A DNA stretch of 39,388 nucleotides from a virus: IMG/VR virus record IMGVR_UViG_3300027852_000025, positions 1 to 39,388 of that record; one strand, given 5' to 3'. The notes beneath the pieces were generated by a model that worked only from the letters and a program-made list of their open reading frames with translations, was not told where the DNA came from and searched no databases. The stretch's first letter is position 1; each line of letters opens with the position of its first letter. The translations under genes were made by a program, and so were the position numbers. Shown piece by piece: positions 5,382 to 15,480 of the stretch.

Positions 5382-6596
5382 TTACCCTATATTTAATTGA
5401 TATACATCAACTTCACCAGCTTGGCCCATATTTGAGTTAAATAAAACCTTAGTGAAGTCCTTATTAACAACCGCATGGGGTTCTGTCCAGTAACCACCGT
5501 CAACATTATTAGTATCGGCTAATTTAATATGCTCGCCTGTCTCGATGTTAACTTGAAATATTCCGTTCGTGTACCATTGAAGGCCGCCTTTATTTGCGTA
5601 GGTGCTCATAATTACATAGCCTGGCTTATTATATCCTTTGCCTGAGAAGTGCATCGCTGTACTTCCACCACCCTCATACAGTGAGAATAGTTTATTAACT
5701 GCGCCGGTTTCACAATCAATCGCTTCTACAAAACCTGATTGATAATTGGATATAACCGCTACGTCACGCCCGTTTTTATCAAGACAAATATCTGAATGTG
5801 GGCCTAAACCTGCTAAGTTAACAGATTGTGAGAAGTCTCTGCTATACGCCATCAATCCATAAGGCAATTGTGATCTGTTCTTAATGTCGTTTGGTACGTG
5901 CCATGAAGGAATAATGTATTTTCCAGAGGGAGACATGCTTACATGATCAGGCCTACCTATTCCGTTTCCATCAGTTGCAAAGTCAAAGCTACCGACAATC
6001 TTATCTAAATCCATATCCCATACAATTAAACCAAGCGGCTCAAAGTCTCTTGTTTCAACCTGAAATCCCCAAAAGCGATAATCAGCGCTAGGGCTCCCTT
6101 CTTCTTTAGTCCAGCACCTTGCAGCATTAGGCCATATATCTTCAACTGAGCTTAAATCAGCGACTACATTTACGGAATCTGTGACAACATTGTGTGTGCG
6201 GATAAGCTTTCCGCCTTTATGGCTAAGTTTGTACAGTAACTTTGGATCTGTAGGGCTCCACTGAGGCTCAGAACCGCTTAATGTTATTTTCTTTATATAC
6301 TCAAACGTATTAGCGTCATATAAATGCCAGAATCCGTCTTTAGCTTTAACCAATATTAAGCTTTCATCGGCATTAAATGCCTGTCTGCGGGAATAGTCAT
6401 TACGAGCAAAACCAACTGGAGGCTGATTAATATAGTCGGTAACTCTTACAGTATCACCAGCTATAACAGGTGGTTTAATAGGTGGGTCTATGACTGGTGT
6501 AACAGGCTCTATGATTGGTTCAACAACTACATCCACGACTTTAACATCTGCGTCTAATTCAAGCTTAAGATTGATATTAATATTTACAGTGTTCAT
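5382..6596 (-). CDS. Beta-propeller protein (TolB / oligogalacturonate-lyase-like fold) with proline-rich N-terminal linker
   Basis: Repeated blade-like strands: MSPSGKYIIPSW, GFWHLYDANT. The C-terminal IETGEHIKLADTNN...EPHAVVNKDFTKVLFNSN...VDVYQL resembles my recollection of PL22 lyase C-termini. The N-terminus contains EPIIEPVTPVIDPPIKPPV. Confidence 0.45.
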   Translation of the reverse strand: MNTVNININLKLELDADVKVVDVVVEPIIEPVTPVIDPPIKPPVIAGDTVRVTDYINQPPVGFARNDYSRRQAFNADESLILVKAKDGFWHLYDANTFEYIKKITLSGSEPQWSPTDPKLLYKLSHKGGKLIRTHNVVTDSVNVVADLSSVEDIWPNAARCWTKEEGSPSADYRFWGFQVETRDFEPLGLIVWDMDLDKIVGSFDFATDGNGIGRPDHVSMSPSGKYIIPSWHVPNDIKNRSQLPYGLMAYSRDFSQSVNLAGLGPHSDICLDKNGRDVAVISNYQSGFVEAIDCETGAVNKLFSLYEGGGSTAMHFSGKGYNKPGYVIMSTYANKGGLQWYTNGIFQVNIETGEHIKLADTNNVDGGYWTEPHAVVNKDFTKVLFNSNMGQAGEVDVYQLNIG

Positions 6597-6597
6597 A

Positions 6598-6903
6598 TTA
6601 ATCCTTGGTGTGGTGCTTTTCTACATGCTGAGTGATTCTATCGTGTGCGTGATATGCTGATTCCCTGTTTTCTTTTTCATATACGATTAATGAGTCTACT
6701 TTGATATTTATAGCTTTTTGACATGTATCAAGACTCTGATCTAGTTTATCGTATCTTGTCTCAATCTTTCTATCTAACTTGTTTAAAAGAAGCCTGCCAA
6801 GCCAGAATGATAACGTGCCAAGAGAAGCAAATAGAGCGCCGGTGACACTAATTGCTATCGTCACTAGTAGATCGTGATCTATCAGTATCTGCTCTGCTTC
6901 CAC
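6598..6903 (-). CDS. Membrane-anchored protein (101 aa), N-terminal TM plus coiled region
   Basis: GTG start overlapping the upstream stop as TAGTG. Hydrophobic LLVTIAISVTGALFASLGTLSFWL followed by a charged helix. Confidence 0.55.
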   Translation of the reverse strand: MEAEQILIDHDLLVTIAISVTGALFASLGTLSFWLGRLLLNKLDRKIETRYDKLDQSLDTCQKAINIKVDSLIVYEKENRESAYHAHDRITQHVEKHHTKD

Positions 6904-7382
6904 TATAAGCCCTTATGACGGCGAAAAGCAAAACTATGGAGAATGCTATTAAGATTATGCCAATGACCATTAATAGCTCCCATTGTGCCTACAATTAATT
7001 GTAGGACAGACAAAGACAGCATTATATGCTCATAATAAACCGCCTGCATATCATACAAAGACAAGCAAACACTAATGACTAAGTTTGCCATAATAGCAGC
7101 AGATATAACCGCTAATCCTCTACCTGCTAAATATATATAGCCCATCGTAAACAAGGCTTGAATTAACATCTTATACATAAAAAAAGGGGCCATTTCTGTG
7201 TATTCATAGAAATAAACCCCGCTTTCTGGATCAAGTAGAATCTCTTGATAGCCTGTCATCATAAGAAACTCAATAAATAATACCGCCCCTATCCATCTAT
7301 GTTTAGTGTTAAATCCTATTATAGCGATTAAACCAGATGTTATTAATAGTGGAAGTGAGAGTATATCTATTAATTCATTCAT
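6903..7382 (-). CDS. Polytopic membrane protein (159 aa, about 5 TM)
   Basis: ATG start. Hydrophobic segments run throughout. Located between the endolysin and the holin/spanins. Confidence 0.6.
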   Translation of the reverse strand: MNELIDILSLPLLITSGLIAIIGFNTKHRWIGAVLFIEFLMMTGYQEILLDPESGVYFYEYTEMAPFFMYKMLIQALFTMGYIYLAGRGLAVISAAIMANLVISVCLSLYDMQAVYYEHIMLSLSVLQLIVGTMGAINGHWHNLNSILHSFAFRRHKGL

Positions 7383-7443
7383 TTAGGCTTGCCTTTGCCT
7401 TTTCTCTTTTTCGGGCCTTTATTTCCTGCCATAACTATTTCTC

Positions 7444-7872
7444 CTATGGATTAAATATGATTATATCACCATCACGTGAATTTGTAGATATTTCGATATG
7501 TAGCCATGTTCGTGTACGCTCTGCATTTTCCATCCTTCGTATATAAGGATACTTATCCTGATGGTTAAGAATATGGAAATAAACATACTCAGCATCATGT
7601 TCGCTAAACTTCAAATCAAAGCCAGTACCAAAGCGATGTGCTGAAAATTCAGCCCCTACCGTGCTATTAGGCGCTCTTAAACCAGAGTTTTTATAGTTAC
7701 CACCTAATGACCAGTCATTAATCGTTATCGGCCCGAAATCACCCCTTAAATCCTCAAGCGTGGGCACTGTGTTAGCATTAATAAAGTCTACCGCCCTTTC
7801 ACCTATAGCTGGATGCTTGTAAATGTCAGGGCTAACTAATTCCTCAAGGCTAAAATGATCTGATAGCTTCAT
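7444..7872 (-). CDS. Endolysin, peptidase M15 (zinc D-Ala-D-Ala carboxypeptidase-like)
   Basis: FSLEEL near the N-terminus, the H-x6-D motif SAHRFGTGFD, and a late WLHIE histidine. ATGA-coupled to the tailspike gene. Confidence 0.75.
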   Translation of the reverse strand: MKLSDHFSLEELVSPDIYKHPAIGERAVDFINANTVPTLEDLRGDFGPITINDWSLGGNYKNSGLRAPNSTVGAEFSAHRFGTGFDLKFSEHDAEYVYFHILNHQDKYPYIRRMENAERTRTWLHIEISTNSRDGDIIIFNP

Positions 7873-9662
7873 AGATTGACCGGATGGAATGGACCATGCT
7901 TAGACATTGTGCCGCCCATATCAACTCCAAAGCTAGAATACGGCTCGCCATCAGAGCCTACAAAGTAGCCTAATCCAGTGACACCAGTACCGACACATGG
8001 ACTAGCTGCCTTTAACGATAAATCATAGTTAGTTTTATCTGTGAATAACGGGTCTGCATTTAAGCTATTTGCATCCTGGTTTGAGTTTGTTAGATAATCA
8101 GCCCAATTGTATTCTGTGCCGTTCCAGCTAAACGCATTTGTAACACGAGTATTATTATAACAGCCGTAATCTATAGTAACTCCACCAAGTACAGCAGCAG
8201 CCGTTACAAATATTTCTAGCGTGTGATTTTCTGTTATGCAGTTCCTAATAGTCCATCCACCGGATGCATCAATATAAATACCGTGATTACTAACTACAGT
8301 ATTTTCATAATTGTCATAAAAACTGCAATTATATATTACCCCTGTTGAAGTTCCGACCATCCCACAACCCGACTTGAAATTGCCAGAAGCAACGCAACCA
8401 TACATATTAAAAGTCGCTGTATCGTGTGCCGTAAACCCGTCACCAGATGCTGAAACAGTAGCATCACCGTTTAAATTGCACGTTGTGCCATGACAATTAA
8501 CAGAGCCTGTATTATTTGCGCTAACACCATCATTTAAGTTACTTGAATAGTTACCAAACCAGTCAACAACAACAGCAGCAGCAGTTTGAAATAGCCCATT
8601 TACTGCGGCGGTTGATGAAGAACAGTTATATAGAGTTGTTGAACCAACTGCTACCGCTATTCCGCTACTAGTGGCTCCAGTTGATGAGCACCTTGTTAAT
8701 GTAGATGTAGTGGCAGAATCAACAATTCCCGCTCCTGTTACGGCTACATCTGTCATAGCCGCTAAAACTAACCCACTATTAAGCGTTATAGTCTCGGTGG
8801 TATTAACATTGCTAATCGTAACTGAATCACCAACACCAGAAAAAGCAGAATCCCATGTTCCTGACTTAACCTCTAAAGTACAATTAACAAGCGTTTGAAT
8901 AATCCCAGTCATGCCCGATGTATTTAAAACATCAAAGGTCGCATCTGAACCACCGACTACATCATCAATATAAAGCTGTCCATCACTATCAGTGACTGTA
9001 AGCCCTGTTGATGTAATTACGGCCTCTCTAGCATAAAGCAATCTTCCTGTTGCGCCACCCCTAGCTAGCCAATTAGTGATTGAGCAATTATTAAGCGCAA
9101 CAGTACAGGTTTGTAATTCAAAAGCATTGTAAGCAAGTGAGCCAGCTACGCCAACCATTGCAACATTGGTTAAAATACAATCGTTATTTAATGATCTAAA
9201 GCCTTTGCTTGTGGCTGCATTATTTGGCTGGTAAATAGTTAAATCTGTGTAAGTATGCCCTGCTCCTGTGGATATAGTCTCTACACATTCGCTTGTTACG
9301 GCATTTGTTGCGCTGCCTCTGATGACGCAATTATTAACATTAAGATCTGTGCCTGTGCCACTTACAAGAAGGCATCTTACGCCATCAATTAACTCAAGGT
9401 TTTGTATTGTTACATTGCTAGCTGTACCAACCGTCATGCAGTCTCTTAATTCTTCGCCATCTATAATAGGATCTACACCAGTACCATAAGCATCATAAGT
9501 AACACCTGCATCACCGATTAATGTAGCACCGCCAAATACTTCAGCTCGATTAAAATAAACCGTATCACCAGATGTAATCCCAGCATCAGCATTAACAGCA
9601 GTTATACTTGCGTGTGTAGCGGCTGGAACAGTTACGCCAGCAGAAACATAATAAAGAGCCAT
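7869..9662 (-). CDS. Tailspike/depolymerase with right-handed parallel beta-helix repeats
   Basis: 597 aa rich in N/T/G/S/V with recurring xNxxIxNC-type rungs (NVTIQNLELIDG, NVNNCVIRG, LNNCSITN, LYNCSSS, IYNCSFYDN, IRNCITEN). Confidence 0.65.
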   Translation of the reverse strand: MALYYVSAGVTVPAATHASITAVNADAGITSGDTVYFNRAEVFGGATLIGDAGVTYDAYGTGVDPIIDGEELRDCMTVGTASNVTIQNLELIDGVRCLLVSGTGTDLNVNNCVIRGSATNAVTSECVETISTGAGHTYTDLTIYQPNNAATSKGFRSLNNDCILTNVAMVGVAGSLAYNAFELQTCTVALNNCSITNWLARGGATGRLLYAREAVITSTGLTVTDSDGQLYIDDVVGGSDATFDVLNTSGMTGIIQTLVNCTLEVKSGTWDSAFSGVGDSVTISNVNTTETITLNSGLVLAAMTDVAVTGAGIVDSATTSTLTRCSSTGATSSGIAVAVGSTTLYNCSSSTAAVNGLFQTAAAVVVDWFGNYSSNLNDGVSANNTGSVNCHGTTCNLNGDATVSASGDGFTAHDTATFNMYGCVASGNFKSGCGMVGTSTGVIYNCSFYDNYENTVVSNHGIYIDASGGWTIRNCITENHTLEIFVTAAAVLGGVTIDYGCYNNTRVTNAFSWNGTEYNWADYLTNSNQDANSLNADPLFTDKTNYDLSLKAASPCVGTGVTGLGYFVGSDGEPYSSFGVDMGGTMSKHGPFHPVNL

Positions 9663-9663
9663 G

Positions 9664-10116
9664 TTATACCCCTTGAGTAATTGAGACTAACTGAGTATCA
9701 GCAGCTACAGCAGGGCCAGCAGCAACATAAGTCGCTAAAGCTGGAACACCTAATAAGGCTATTCCTGCGCCTGATATATCAACATTAGAGGGCATGTAAT
9801 ACCCTGTAGTAGCAGCACCTGCTACAATAGTTAGATTAGCCAACGCATTAGCTTCACTCGTGCCAAATACAACACGTATAGCCTCTGTAGCAGCCCCGTT
9901 ATTAACAATATGTACTCGACCTGCGCCAAGTTTAACGCCTGTTGCCAAAGCAATAGCCTCACCTGTTGCGTCCATTGTTAAATCAGGGCTATAGCTCGAT
10001 GGTTTAAACCCGTCTGCCGTATGAATTGCACCACCTGAGCTTTTGTTAGGAACGCGCTCATTAGATTCTACATCTAATGAAAATCCTAGGCCGCTTGGCC
10101 CTGGTTGATCAGTCAT
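9664..10116 (-). CDS. Hypothetical virion-module protein (150 aa, Ala/Gly-rich)
   Basis: ATG ORF lying between the two tailspike genes on the same strand. Confidence 0.55.
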   Translation of the reverse strand: MTDQPGPSGLGFSLDVESNERVPNKSSGGAIHTADGFKPSSYSPDLTMDATGEAIALATGVKLGAGRVHIVNNGAATEAIRVVFGTSEANALANLTIVAGAATTGYYMPSNVDISGAGIALLGVPALATYVAAGPAVAADTQLVSITQGV

Positions 10117-10172
10117 AATATTATCCTCTTAAATTAAATCGTAAATCATTATACATTGTCTTTTATTCTCTA

Positions 10173-12197
10173 TTAACTTACCCGATAAGCAATATTTACA
10201 ATAAAATCAGATGCTGCGTTAACATTTGCGTTAGTAGTTAAGCTTGCATAAATTCCGTTGTTTGTTGTTGATCTCATAACCTTGTCACCACTTACATAGC
10301 ATTGCTTAGAATTGAAATCATCTATAACACAAACTTGAGTTTCTGTTCCTGCGCCAGTTGAGGCCCCGCCATGATCAACTGTTAGCGTAGCTATAGCTGT
10401 ACCTGTCACAAAATTAGGGCTCAACATTTCAGCATATTCTAATGACATATTAGAGCCTGACCTGATCCCGCCATCTGCGCCACTTCTGATAATTAATTCA
10501 ATTGTAGTGCTTGCGCCTGGATTTTCAATTATATACTGAGAGACAACAAGATCACCTTGCCTTACTTTATTTGTTTGGTCTTGTCCTTGGTCATCAATAA
10601 CAACACCCGTACCTAGTGATCCTATCTCAATTTGGGATATTTCATTGCCACGAGCGCCTGGTTCTATTCTTATCCCGTCTGGATTATCTGAGGCTAGACC
10701 TTCTTGTCTTACATTAACAAACATATTCTTTACAGCTTTACCCTCAGATATTGTATAGGTTACGGTGGCACCTGGATTTTGAGACCACGGCTTATCAAGC
10801 GTCAATGTATCCACTGTATTTGAAACTATGCGTCTACTCTCTCCAGGTAACCCAGACGTAAGAGTTACAGTATCATTTGTAAAATTAAGCGCATCACCTG
10901 CTACAACAGACCATGTTTTGCTTGTATCAACTAATGTTCCTGTCGTTGTGCTGGTAGATGTTCCTGAGTCAGCAAAGCTAGCTACATCATTAAGAACCAT
11001 TAATGCGTCTTTAATTGATTCACCGCCGAAGTTTGAGAATAGGTTTCCTGTTCCTGCTATTAAATCAAGTCCTCTATTTAAGCTTGCAGCACGTTTAATA
11101 TTGCTAAATATATTAGCATTTGGCCCGTCTGCTAAATTACCGGATGAATCAGGGCCAAGGAATATTCCTGTTTGAGTTCTTCCAGCGTCACCAAATAAAG
11201 TAAACCCGTCAAAAGCGTTAAAATAAGGCCCGTTCCCACTTTGGCCTATTGCATAAATTAATTTTGCACTTGCCGTTGTATAAGCTATTTCAAAATCTCT
11301 AGATACGCCATAGTTGCCATATGTGAAATCCAGAGCAATGGCTCCTGTGCTTGAGATTAGTGATATATTAACTATTCCCCAGCGCTCTCGCTGGGTAGTA
11401 GTATCTATAATTACACCTGTACCTGTGCCCGTGTAATTAAGATTAACGCCCGTTGTTTCGCCTTCAAAAACAACATCAGACGCACCTATAGTCAATGTAG
11501 TAGCGTGATCATAAACAGCTTGCCCGTCTGCATTTGCAGGGAAAAATACTTTACCTCTTGAGACTCTAGCTATTACAGTGGCCTCCTCTATTGCTGCGCT
11601 GTCATCAGTAGTGCCATCAGCTTTAGCGCCAAACCATTTAACATTTACGCCATCTGTTTGTGGCCTAACCCATGCGGTTGATCCATCCCCACCTGTTGGT
11701 ATAAACACTGTTCCACAATATAACGAGCTTGAATCAGAGTAGGTGGCAGGAGATGCGCCAACAGCTGCAACAAAATATCCGCCATCACTGCCTTCAACGA
11801 CCAAAGACTTACCAGAGACAGGCGTTAACAATACGGCGGCTGCCTTATTTGCCACGGTGTAGCCGGTTGCAGAAGCGCTTGCATTTTGCGGATCAGCGTT
11901 TAAATTGTCAGCAAATTGTATTGCATTTGATGTATCGTTTGCATCAGCTTCAGCAGCAGTAGGAAAGCACCAAAGATCGTAATCACCATTAATAAACGGG
12001 ATAAATCTTGCGCTTCCTGCTGTAATCGGGAATCCTTCTGTATCTAATTCTGCTTTTACCAATAAAGTACCAGCAGCGGCATCTGTTGCCATGCTTAACG
12101 GGGTAACGGTGCCTTGATCATAAGCTTTCAGCCACCAGTTAGCCAAGGTTAACTTATCGTATTGCGGTATGGTTAGTGCTATTGGTGCATATGCCAC
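10173..12197 (-). CDS. Tailspike/tail fibre with pectate-lyase-3-type beta-helix domain
   Basis: VNVKWFGAKADGTTDDSAAIEEA matches the WFGAKGDGxTDD signature of the pectate-lyase superfamily and of tailspikes. GTG start overlaps the upstream stop as TAGTG. Confidence 0.65.
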   Translation of the reverse strand: MAYAPIALTIPQYDKLTLANWWLKAYDQGTVTPLSMATDAAAGTLLVKAELDTEGFPITAGSARFIPFINGDYDLWCFPTAAEADANDTSNAIQFADNLNADPQNASASATGYTVANKAAAVLLTPVSGKSLVVEGSDGGYFVAAVGASPATYSDSSSLYCGTVFIPTGGDGSTAWVRPQTDGVNVKWFGAKADGTTDDSAAIEEATVIARVSRGKVFFPANADGQAVYDHATTLTIGASDVVFEGETTGVNLNYTGTGTGVIIDTTTQRERWGIVNISLISSTGAIALDFTYGNYGVSRDFEIAYTTASAKLIYAIGQSGNGPYFNAFDGFTLFGDAGRTQTGIFLGPDSSGNLADGPNANIFSNIKRAASLNRGLDLIAGTGNLFSNFGGESIKDALMVLNDVASFADSGTSTSTTTGTLVDTSKTWSVVAGDALNFTNDTVTLTSGLPGESRRIVSNTVDTLTLDKPWSQNPGATVTYTISEGKAVKNMFVNVRQEGLASDNPDGIRIEPGARGNEISQIEIGSLGTGVVIDDQGQDQTNKVRQGDLVVSQYIIENPGASTTIELIIRSGADGGIRSGSNMSLEYAEMLSPNFVTGTAIATLTVDHGGASTGAGTETQVCVIDDFNSKQCYVSGDKVMRSTTNNGIYASLTTNANVNAASDFIVNIAYRVS

Positions 12198-14311
12198 TAT
12201 TTCTGCTCCTGTTCTGGTCTTTCTGTTGCTTCTATATCATTTATCAACTGAGTGAACGCACGTCCAGCAGCAGGGCTTTTATGACTTAATTTTCTAATTT
12301 TCTTCATTTCGGCTTTCCATGTAGGATCATACAATGCTTTTGATAATGCTCTAACTCGTTTATCAAACATAGCATCCTCACCAACAGAGGTTATTGTGCT
12401 AATAGGAGATCTGAATAAGTCTCTAAATGACTGAAATACGCCACCTCTTAACTCTCTTTTAATTTCTTCTCTTGCTGCGGTCTGTGATCCACCTGGACGT
12501 CCTAAGCTAGCCCTTTTTAATGATGTTTGCAGGTATTTAAGGTTTTTCTTTGCCTCACCATCTAATGAGTTAAACAAAGCCTTATTGCTTTTTTCGTTAG
12601 GGAATAAAGCCCTAAAAAACTGACCTGGAACATTCTCAACAGAACCTTCCTCAGCTATAGACTTAATAGAACCTAATCTTTTTTCTAACTCAATTCTTAT
12701 CATCTGATCCCACGCTTCAGGGTCTATTTCTTTTATCGCTTTCTTTGCCTGAGCCGTTATTTCAGGGTTTGTTTGAGCTGGATCAAATATTTTAGCGTGT
12801 ATTTGCTTTAATTGAGTATCATCTAATTCTGCAATCTTACCAATTATAGAGTCTTGCGCCTTTACGACAGGCGGAGAAGCCTCAGAAAACACGCGCCTTG
12901 CTTCTTTATATGCTGGACTGGCATCATCTATCTGATTCAATAAAATAGATTGAACATCACGAAGCTCTGCTTTTGTTGTGTTTCCTACAGATCCTTCACC
13001 AACCTTGTTTATCATTTGATCTATTTCAATTTTCGCATTATGCAGCCGCTTTAAAGACGGATTAACACCTTTTTTTGGCTCCTTAATTAGTTTCAAAACA
13101 CGCTTTAGAGAACCCGATATTTCGCCAGAATCTGGCAAATCATCTAATTTTTCAATAATATTTGATCTAATTGGTGCAAGATCAACAACAGCACCCTCTT
13201 GAAATGCCTGATTATATAAAGGTGACGCCTTCTCTGATCTAATATTTTTAGCTTTGTTTATTGACGCAATAGCCGCCGTTCTAAACTTTTCAGGCCCAGT
13301 TACAATAGATTCCGGTGGTGCTATCTGACTTAAGAAAGTTTCAACGGCATCACCGGCCGCTTTATTTTGCTTTGTTAGCCCTTGAACAGCAGATTTTGTA
13401 CCAGCTGGAAGATTAGCAACAAAGGCCTGTCTTTCTAACTGTGCAGGAACAACTGTCTGTTGAGCTTGAAATATTGGTATTCCTGTTTGCTCGCTAGCTT
13501 CTTGTGCTGCTCTTACATTTCCAGCTACTTGATCTATCTCTTGCCTTGCTGCGCCAACTTTAGCGGCCTGCCTTGACCCTCTAAATGCTTGAACTGCTGG
13601 CACTACTGCTTCAGCAAGTCCGCCTGTGACAGCAGCTATAGCTGTTTCTGTAGGGTCTCTTTCTTCTCTACCCAATGCAACGCCAGTCTCTTGCAGTGCT
13701 TGTTCTGTTGCTCCTGCACCTATTGAGCCAATAGCAACTTTTTGTAAAACACTCTTACCAAATGATGCTGCTCTAGCGGACGGAAGAAATGATAAAACTT
13801 GAGCCGCTGCTGTTGTTACGTCTTGCGCTGAGAAACCAGGGGCATTTAATACCGATCTACGCACACCACCTTCTGGTGTTGGAACCTCGATAATTGTTGA
13901 TCCATCTGGTGTTTGCTCAAAAACTGCCTCTGGAACTTGCTCTTGTATAATATCTTGTTGTGCTTTTGGATTAAATGTAGACAACATACCAAGCGCAATC
14001 TTAAATGTCTCACCCTCTGGTGTAGTTCCAAATTCAGGCAACTCACCAAGCTCTGGGGTTTCCGCTATCCTTTCTGAACCAGTGAAAAAATCACCTATTC
14101 CTGTCGGCCTATCAGCAGACTCTAAAATACCTCCTTGACCTCTTGCTGTTTCACCGGCAGTAGGTTGCTCAGAAACAAATTTTCCAGTTTTTAAATCTAT
14201 AATACCTGATGGCTTTTCCTGCTCATTTATAGCAGGCTGATTAGATGCGCCCTGAGCTATGTCAGGCTGATCTTTTTCAACTGCGCCGGTATTTAGGTTT
14301 ATAACAGCCAT
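12197..14311 (-). CDS. Large virion protein (704 aa), possible internal/ejection protein
   Basis: Long Ala/Gln/Glu/Lys-rich, mostly helical-looking sequence. Tightly coupled to its neighbours in the tail module. The function is inferred from position only. Confidence 0.45.
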   Translation of the reverse strand: MAVINLNTGAVEKDQPDIAQGASNQPAINEQEKPSGIIDLKTGKFVSEQPTAGETARGQGGILESADRPTGIGDFFTGSERIAETPELGELPEFGTTPEGETFKIALGMLSTFNPKAQQDIIQEQVPEAVFEQTPDGSTIIEVPTPEGGVRRSVLNAPGFSAQDVTTAAAQVLSFLPSARAASFGKSVLQKVAIGSIGAGATEQALQETGVALGREERDPTETAIAAVTGGLAEAVVPAVQAFRGSRQAAKVGAARQEIDQVAGNVRAAQEASEQTGIPIFQAQQTVVPAQLERQAFVANLPAGTKSAVQGLTKQNKAAGDAVETFLSQIAPPESIVTGPEKFRTAAIASINKAKNIRSEKASPLYNQAFQEGAVVDLAPIRSNIIEKLDDLPDSGEISGSLKRVLKLIKEPKKGVNPSLKRLHNAKIEIDQMINKVGEGSVGNTTKAELRDVQSILLNQIDDASPAYKEARRVFSEASPPVVKAQDSIIGKIAELDDTQLKQIHAKIFDPAQTNPEITAQAKKAIKEIDPEAWDQMIRIELEKRLGSIKSIAEEGSVENVPGQFFRALFPNEKSNKALFNSLDGEAKKNLKYLQTSLKRASLGRPGGSQTAAREEIKRELRGGVFQSFRDLFRSPISTITSVGEDAMFDKRVRALSKALYDPTWKAEMKKIRKLSHKSPAAGRAFTQLINDIEATERPEQEQK

Positions 14312-15480
14312 TATCTATTCAAGCTCTTAATTGTTTCTTCAATGGTTAGTGTGTTTTGAACCGCTGTATCTTGTATATCTTGCAGAGTAAACACGCCTTT
14401 TTTAGTTCTAATAGGCTCACCAAAATTAAATCTGAATGTGTCTGGGTCACCTCCTGAGCCAACATGCTTAGTGAATTGACTCTGCTCTCTTTGATTAAAC
14501 CAATTGGCACGATCAAGGGATTTAATTCTTGCTTCATTAGCTGATTGAGAATTACCTATTGTGCCTGTTATCGCCTCAGTTACACCGAACTCAAAATCAG
14601 TTGTTGGCCCTTTAAAGTTCTGCAATTGCTGTAATGACAGTTCTTTTAGTGCTGAATCTAGCCCAGCCTCATCAGTTACATCAATACCAGGCACCAATCT
14701 ACTCAAACGTAACTTTGTAGAGCCTGACAGCCCTTGACTAGCTGTTTTAGCCAGCGTCAGCGCCTTTCTGGTTGTTCTTGCAGATCGTGCTGCATTCCTA
14801 TTTCTTTCAGATAATTCCTGCTTAATAGTAGATGCGCGTTTTTCTGTTAACTTGGCTCTCTCTTCAAGCGCAACAGATTCAACACCTAGCTTAGCTTTTT
14901 CTGATGGCGTAAGCTGTTTTGCTCCAGGTATTACAGTTCGTGTAAATGACTCTGTCTCAGGAGAAAATACTATGGAGCTTTGCTCTCCAGTAACTGGGTC
15001 AGTTTGCGGGGCAAATGCTCTTGCAGACGCTCCTGTTTTAGCTGGTATTATTTGAGATGCTAATTCCACAGCCTGCTGAGAGCGAGTTAAAAGCTCGCCC
15101 GGGTTTGTTTGTGCCAACTGTATGGCTTCGTCTGTTTCATCAGTTGGAAGACCTTCGCGCTCTAAGTCAAGTTTTCTGCGCTGCAAACTTGATATTACAT
15201 TAGTAATATTTCCAGCTTGTAAATCAGGGATTATCTGCTGTCCGGCAACACCAAGAGATTTAATAATTTGCTGCTGCCTTGCATTGAATCGGGCCTCTTG
15301 AGTTGGAACACCGGCCTCGGTGGTTTGAGCCTGAGCCTCTAAGATTCTAGCCCTTAAAGGGGCATCTTTTGCTTGCTGCGCTAGCTGACTGATCCGACTA
15401 ACATTCAAAAGAGCATTGGAAAAAGTCTGACCAACATCAGTCATTCTGCCTTGTAGGGCTATTTCTGGTCTAACCGCCAT
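14311..15480 (-). CDS. Virion protein (389 aa), possible internal/ejection protein
   Basis: Gln/Ala-rich. Start and stop are coupled to flanking genes. Function inferred from position only. Confidence 0.45.
   Translation of the reverse strand: MAVRPEIALQGRMTDVGQTFSNALLNVSRISQLAQQAKDAPLRARILEAQAQTTEAGVPTQEARFNARQQQIIKSLGVAGQQIIPDLQAGNITNVISSLQRRKLDLEREGLPTDETDEAIQLAQTNPGELLTRSQQAVELASQIIPAKTGASARAFAPQTDPVTGEQSSIVFSPETESFTRTVIPGAKQLTPSEKAKLGVESVALEERAKLTEKRASTIKQELSERNRNAARSARTTRKALTLAKTASQGLSGSTKLRLSRLVPGIDVTDEAGLDSALKELSLQQLQNFKGPTTDFEFGVTEAITGTIGNSQSANEARIKSLDRANWFNQREQSQFTKHVGSGGDPDTFRFNFGEPIRTKKGVFTLQDIQDTAVQNTLTIEETIKSLNR

Noticed and set aside
7869-12197. Diversity-generating retroelement targeting the tail fibres
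   Set aside because: No reverse transcriptase ORF exists in the genome, and I saw no template/variable repeat pair.
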